From assembly GCF_009914755.1 (NCBI RefSeq), contig NC_060933.1: 64,000 bases of DNA; one strand, 5' to 3'. Under the pieces are notes generated by a model. That model was not told where the DNA came from. It saw only the letters and a list, made by a program, of their open reading frames with translations, and searched no databases. Below are positions 58,360-64,000 of the stretch, piece after piece (positions within the stretch are counted from its first letter, which is position 1; the number at the start of each line of letters is the position of its first letter). This stretch comes from the human T2T-CHM13v2.0 reference genome, Homo sapiens. The position numbers were made by a program, and so were the translations under genes.

Positions 58360-59203
58360 CATACAATGAATGTTGATTTTATTAGGTGAGTCTGCTTTTA
58401 TAAATCCAAGTAAACAAGGTTATAAAAATGACTACCTCAAATAAAATAGCTCTTAATGTACCTCCTCTTCCTTCACACCACCCACTTTGGGAAGCACTGT
58501 TGACTGGAAGTACTCAATTGAACATCCCATTGAAGAAAGCCTTGTGACATTTGCTTCTTAAAAGCAACAGTAGTAACAAAACTACCCAGAAGACAAGGGC
58601 CTGAGCTCCATCCCCCTCCTGAGTGTTTGTAGGTAAGGAAGACTCAGGAAAGAAAGCTGACTTTTTTCAAGGTTTTATTTTAATTTAAAAGACATTGTTC
58701 GTGCAAAACTGTTGGTAGTTCTTACAAAACCTCCCTTCCACATTCCCCTCAGGCTGTGATAATGCACGCTTTGAGTTCTCCCATGGGACTTTCAGCACAG
58801 CACCCAGGTGACTAGTTAGCTATACTTTGGAGCCCTCAAGACAGTCCCTTGAAGAAAAGGGGCAGGCTCGCTGTAGCTGGAGTCTGAAGCCCCTCACAGG
58901 GCCTGGGACTGCTGTGTGCAGCCTGCCTGTAACCCTTAAGGTCATGCTCTGCTGTCACAGAACCCAGTGTCTGCCTAATGGGGGTGTCTTAAAGCTGAGA
59001 ACGTTTTTCCATCACCAGGAAAGTGCTTTTCCCCATCCACCAGGGATCCCTGAGCCAGAGCAGGTCATTCTGAGGCCAACTCTGGCTGGAACGCAGGTTT
59101 CTTAAGCAGTGGGTTGCTTAGGTCACCAGTTCCCTGGTCCCTTCTTTTGTCTTCTGGGGGCCTGGCCATGGCTGATGTTTTCAGTTCCTGCAGGTAAGCA
59201 TCT
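58360..59203 (-). other. SLC46A2: SLC46A2 3' UTR with two candidate poly(A) signals
   Basis: Repeat-poor stretch after the minus-strand stop; TTTATT (AATAAA on the - strand) at 58674-58679 and 58378-58383. Confidence 0.7.
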
Positions 59204-59261
59204 TCATTTCTCTATGATGTCTCCATATGGTGACAATGGGACTTGTTTATAGGCCACGATG
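59204..59261 (-). CDS. SLC46A2: SLC46A2 (TSCOT, MFS transporter) terminal coding exon: (S)IVAYKQVPLSPYGDIIEK*
   Basis: The reverse complement reads TTCTTACAG|C ATC GTG GCC TAT AAA CAA GTC CCA TTG TCA CCA TAT GGA GAC ATC ATA GAG AAA TGA. This matches the SLC46A2 C-terminus as I recall it, and SLC46A2 is the known convergent neighbour of SNX30. Upstream exons are not seen in the window. Confidence 0.88.
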
Positions 59262-59315
59262 CTGTAAGAATTGACCATAGAGAGTTACAAGAGAACAGCT
59301 GGAATGGGGTAAAGG

Positions 59316-60178
<863 letters not shown>

Positions 60179-61094
60179 AAGGGTGTGCCTTTTCCTCTCC
60201 ATCCATTAGGCCATCTCTTTATCACTGGTAGACTGAAATTTTTTTATCCATTTATGGCATCAGAATGGAATTTATGGCACTGAGTGGGGAGAGATTGTCT
60301 GAAGGAACTTCTCTTACTCCAGGTTCATTCCAGTCTTGCAAGTACTGAACTTCTCCATTTCCCATAACATCATGAGCCCTTTGCATCCACATTTTCTTTT
60401 TCCTGGAATCTCTTTCCATCTCACTTCTGCCTGAGGATGAACTCCCATCTATATCTCAAGATCAAGATTAAGCCTTTGCTAATTGCAAGCAGAATTAGCT
60501 GCCTCATCGTCTGCCTTTCCATAGGTCCTTTATCCATTACATTGTTTAAAATTATCTTAATAAATGGATGCGCAGCAATTAGGTCTGAACTGAAGTCCTG
60601 GATCAGTGTGACTTAGGCATGTCCTTCAACCTCTGGCACCCTGGGCTTTCTCATCTGCTGGAGCTCCAGAATCCTCAGGTTCTAAGCTACAGCGCAGCAC
60701 TTCTTGATGGATGAACAACACCTGGAGTTGCTAAAATGGGTTGTGCGCTTAGATCCAAGCCTTTTAAGGGAAACTTTGTAGACACTTCCCAACGCTTAGA
60801 TTTCCCGCCTTCTATGAGTGCTAGTGCACTACTGGGAGGGGCACTGGCTGTACTTAAGACTCATTGTATTACAGGGCTGGCAAGTGGAGAGTGAAGACTT
60901 GGAAGCAGCCAGCACAGGGCCACATGATCCTTGACCCCTGCTGTGGACCACTACAGCACAGCCACAAGGCGATGGCCAGCATCTGACTTCATGGGCAGCC
61001 CCAGGCAGCTCTGGGGTGTGGGCGGTCAGCAGTGCTGACTTATTAGTCAGCGTAAGTCAGCGCTGAGAGATGCTACACCCTCTGACAGGGCATG

Positions 61095-62700
<1,606 letters not shown>

Positions 62701-63015
62701 GCATATGTCAGCTCTGGTAGAAGAATTCAGGAGAGAATGAAGCAGTGGAATGAGCTTTCTCAGGAGGTAGGAGAGGCCGCACCCAGATACCAGGTGCAAT
62801 GCATGTAGTGGATGGGAAAGACAGTCTGGCTTCCTTCAAATCCTGTCTCTGCCACTTCCTAGCTGTGTACCCTTTGGCAAGTTATTTAATACCTTGGAGG
62901 CTGTTTCCTCACCTGCAAAATAGGGAGAATAATAGTAATTACCATAAAGGATTGTTTGGGAAGATTAGTTTAAAAATATGAAATAAAGTAGTGCCTGGCA
63001 CATAGGGCTGTTTAA

Positions 63016-63440
<425 letters not shown>

Positions 63441-64000
63441 CTGGCTTCTGTTTATGAAGAATGAGGCATTAGTTAAGTGCATGTATATTGGAGGGCATGA
63501 GGGGAGAGGGTTGTAGATAAGCAGAACCTCACAATTATTTCCTCAGCATCTCCCTATTGCATCTAAAGAGCAAACAAGAGAGGGCAAGTTCTTACGGTGG
63601 CATGAAATCGGCTCACTTTGGTACCAGGAAGAGGTGCAGCCACAGCCCCCTGGGATTGCAAACAGGCTGGGATCTCTCCTGGCATCGAGGAAGGGGATGC
63701 TGACTGTGATCCAGTCCAGCCTCTGCCCTCTGAGTCCTCCCCTGCTCTGGCATGCCTGCCTGGGTTTTTATGTCATTGGAATGTAGCTTTTCTTCCTGTG
63801 GTTCGAAAGCTTTACTGGTCTTTCCTGTTGCTCTCCCTGAAGATTGATGGTACAGCCTTGGCCCCTCCTAGCTGTGAAACTTTTTCAGGATCTCGTTTCT
63901 TTAGTGACTTTGCGGAAAGGAAAGTAATGGAAACACTCCCTTTACACCAGAGATTCTCAATCTTGGTTGTACATTTGAATCACCTGGAGAGCTTTTAAAA

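Overview
This is primate (probably hominoid) genomic DNA, rich in Alu, L1, L2, MIR, LTR and DNA-transposon remnants. On the + strand are the last six coding exons of SNX30 (sorting nexin 30: end of the PX domain plus the BAR domain; exons at 9943-10101, 15426-15621, 17709-17908, 30067-30153, 43459-43611 and 48226-48285). All have GT-AG boundaries and consistent phases, and a ~6.1 kb 3' UTR follows, ending near AATAAA at 54402. On the - strand, and missing from the ORF track, is the last coding exon and 3' UTR of SLC46A2 (59204-59261, ...IVAYKQVPLSPYGDIIEK*), convergent with SNX30. Almost all other ORFs in the track, including the 472-aa one, come from repeats. I found no clearly new protein-coding system. 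The most unusual signals are non-coding: (1) a ~226-bp, ~95%-identical inverted duplication at 31.1/32.6 kb; (2) several other fold-back or template-switch scars at 38.9, 41.9 and 44.8-45.1 kb; (3) a 1.35-kb 20-mer minisatellite in the last SNX30 intron that reads as tandem 3' splice-site mimics, with an open frame and downstream poly(A) signals; (4) a 53-bp motif with a consensus 5' splice site repeated before two consecutive exons; (5) a CTCF/AP-1/ETS/Sp1 motif cluster at 24.06 kb; (6) a cluster of miR-183/96/182 seed sites in the SNX30 3' UTR. Gene names, exon numbers and repeat subfamily names are recognised from memory, not from database searches.
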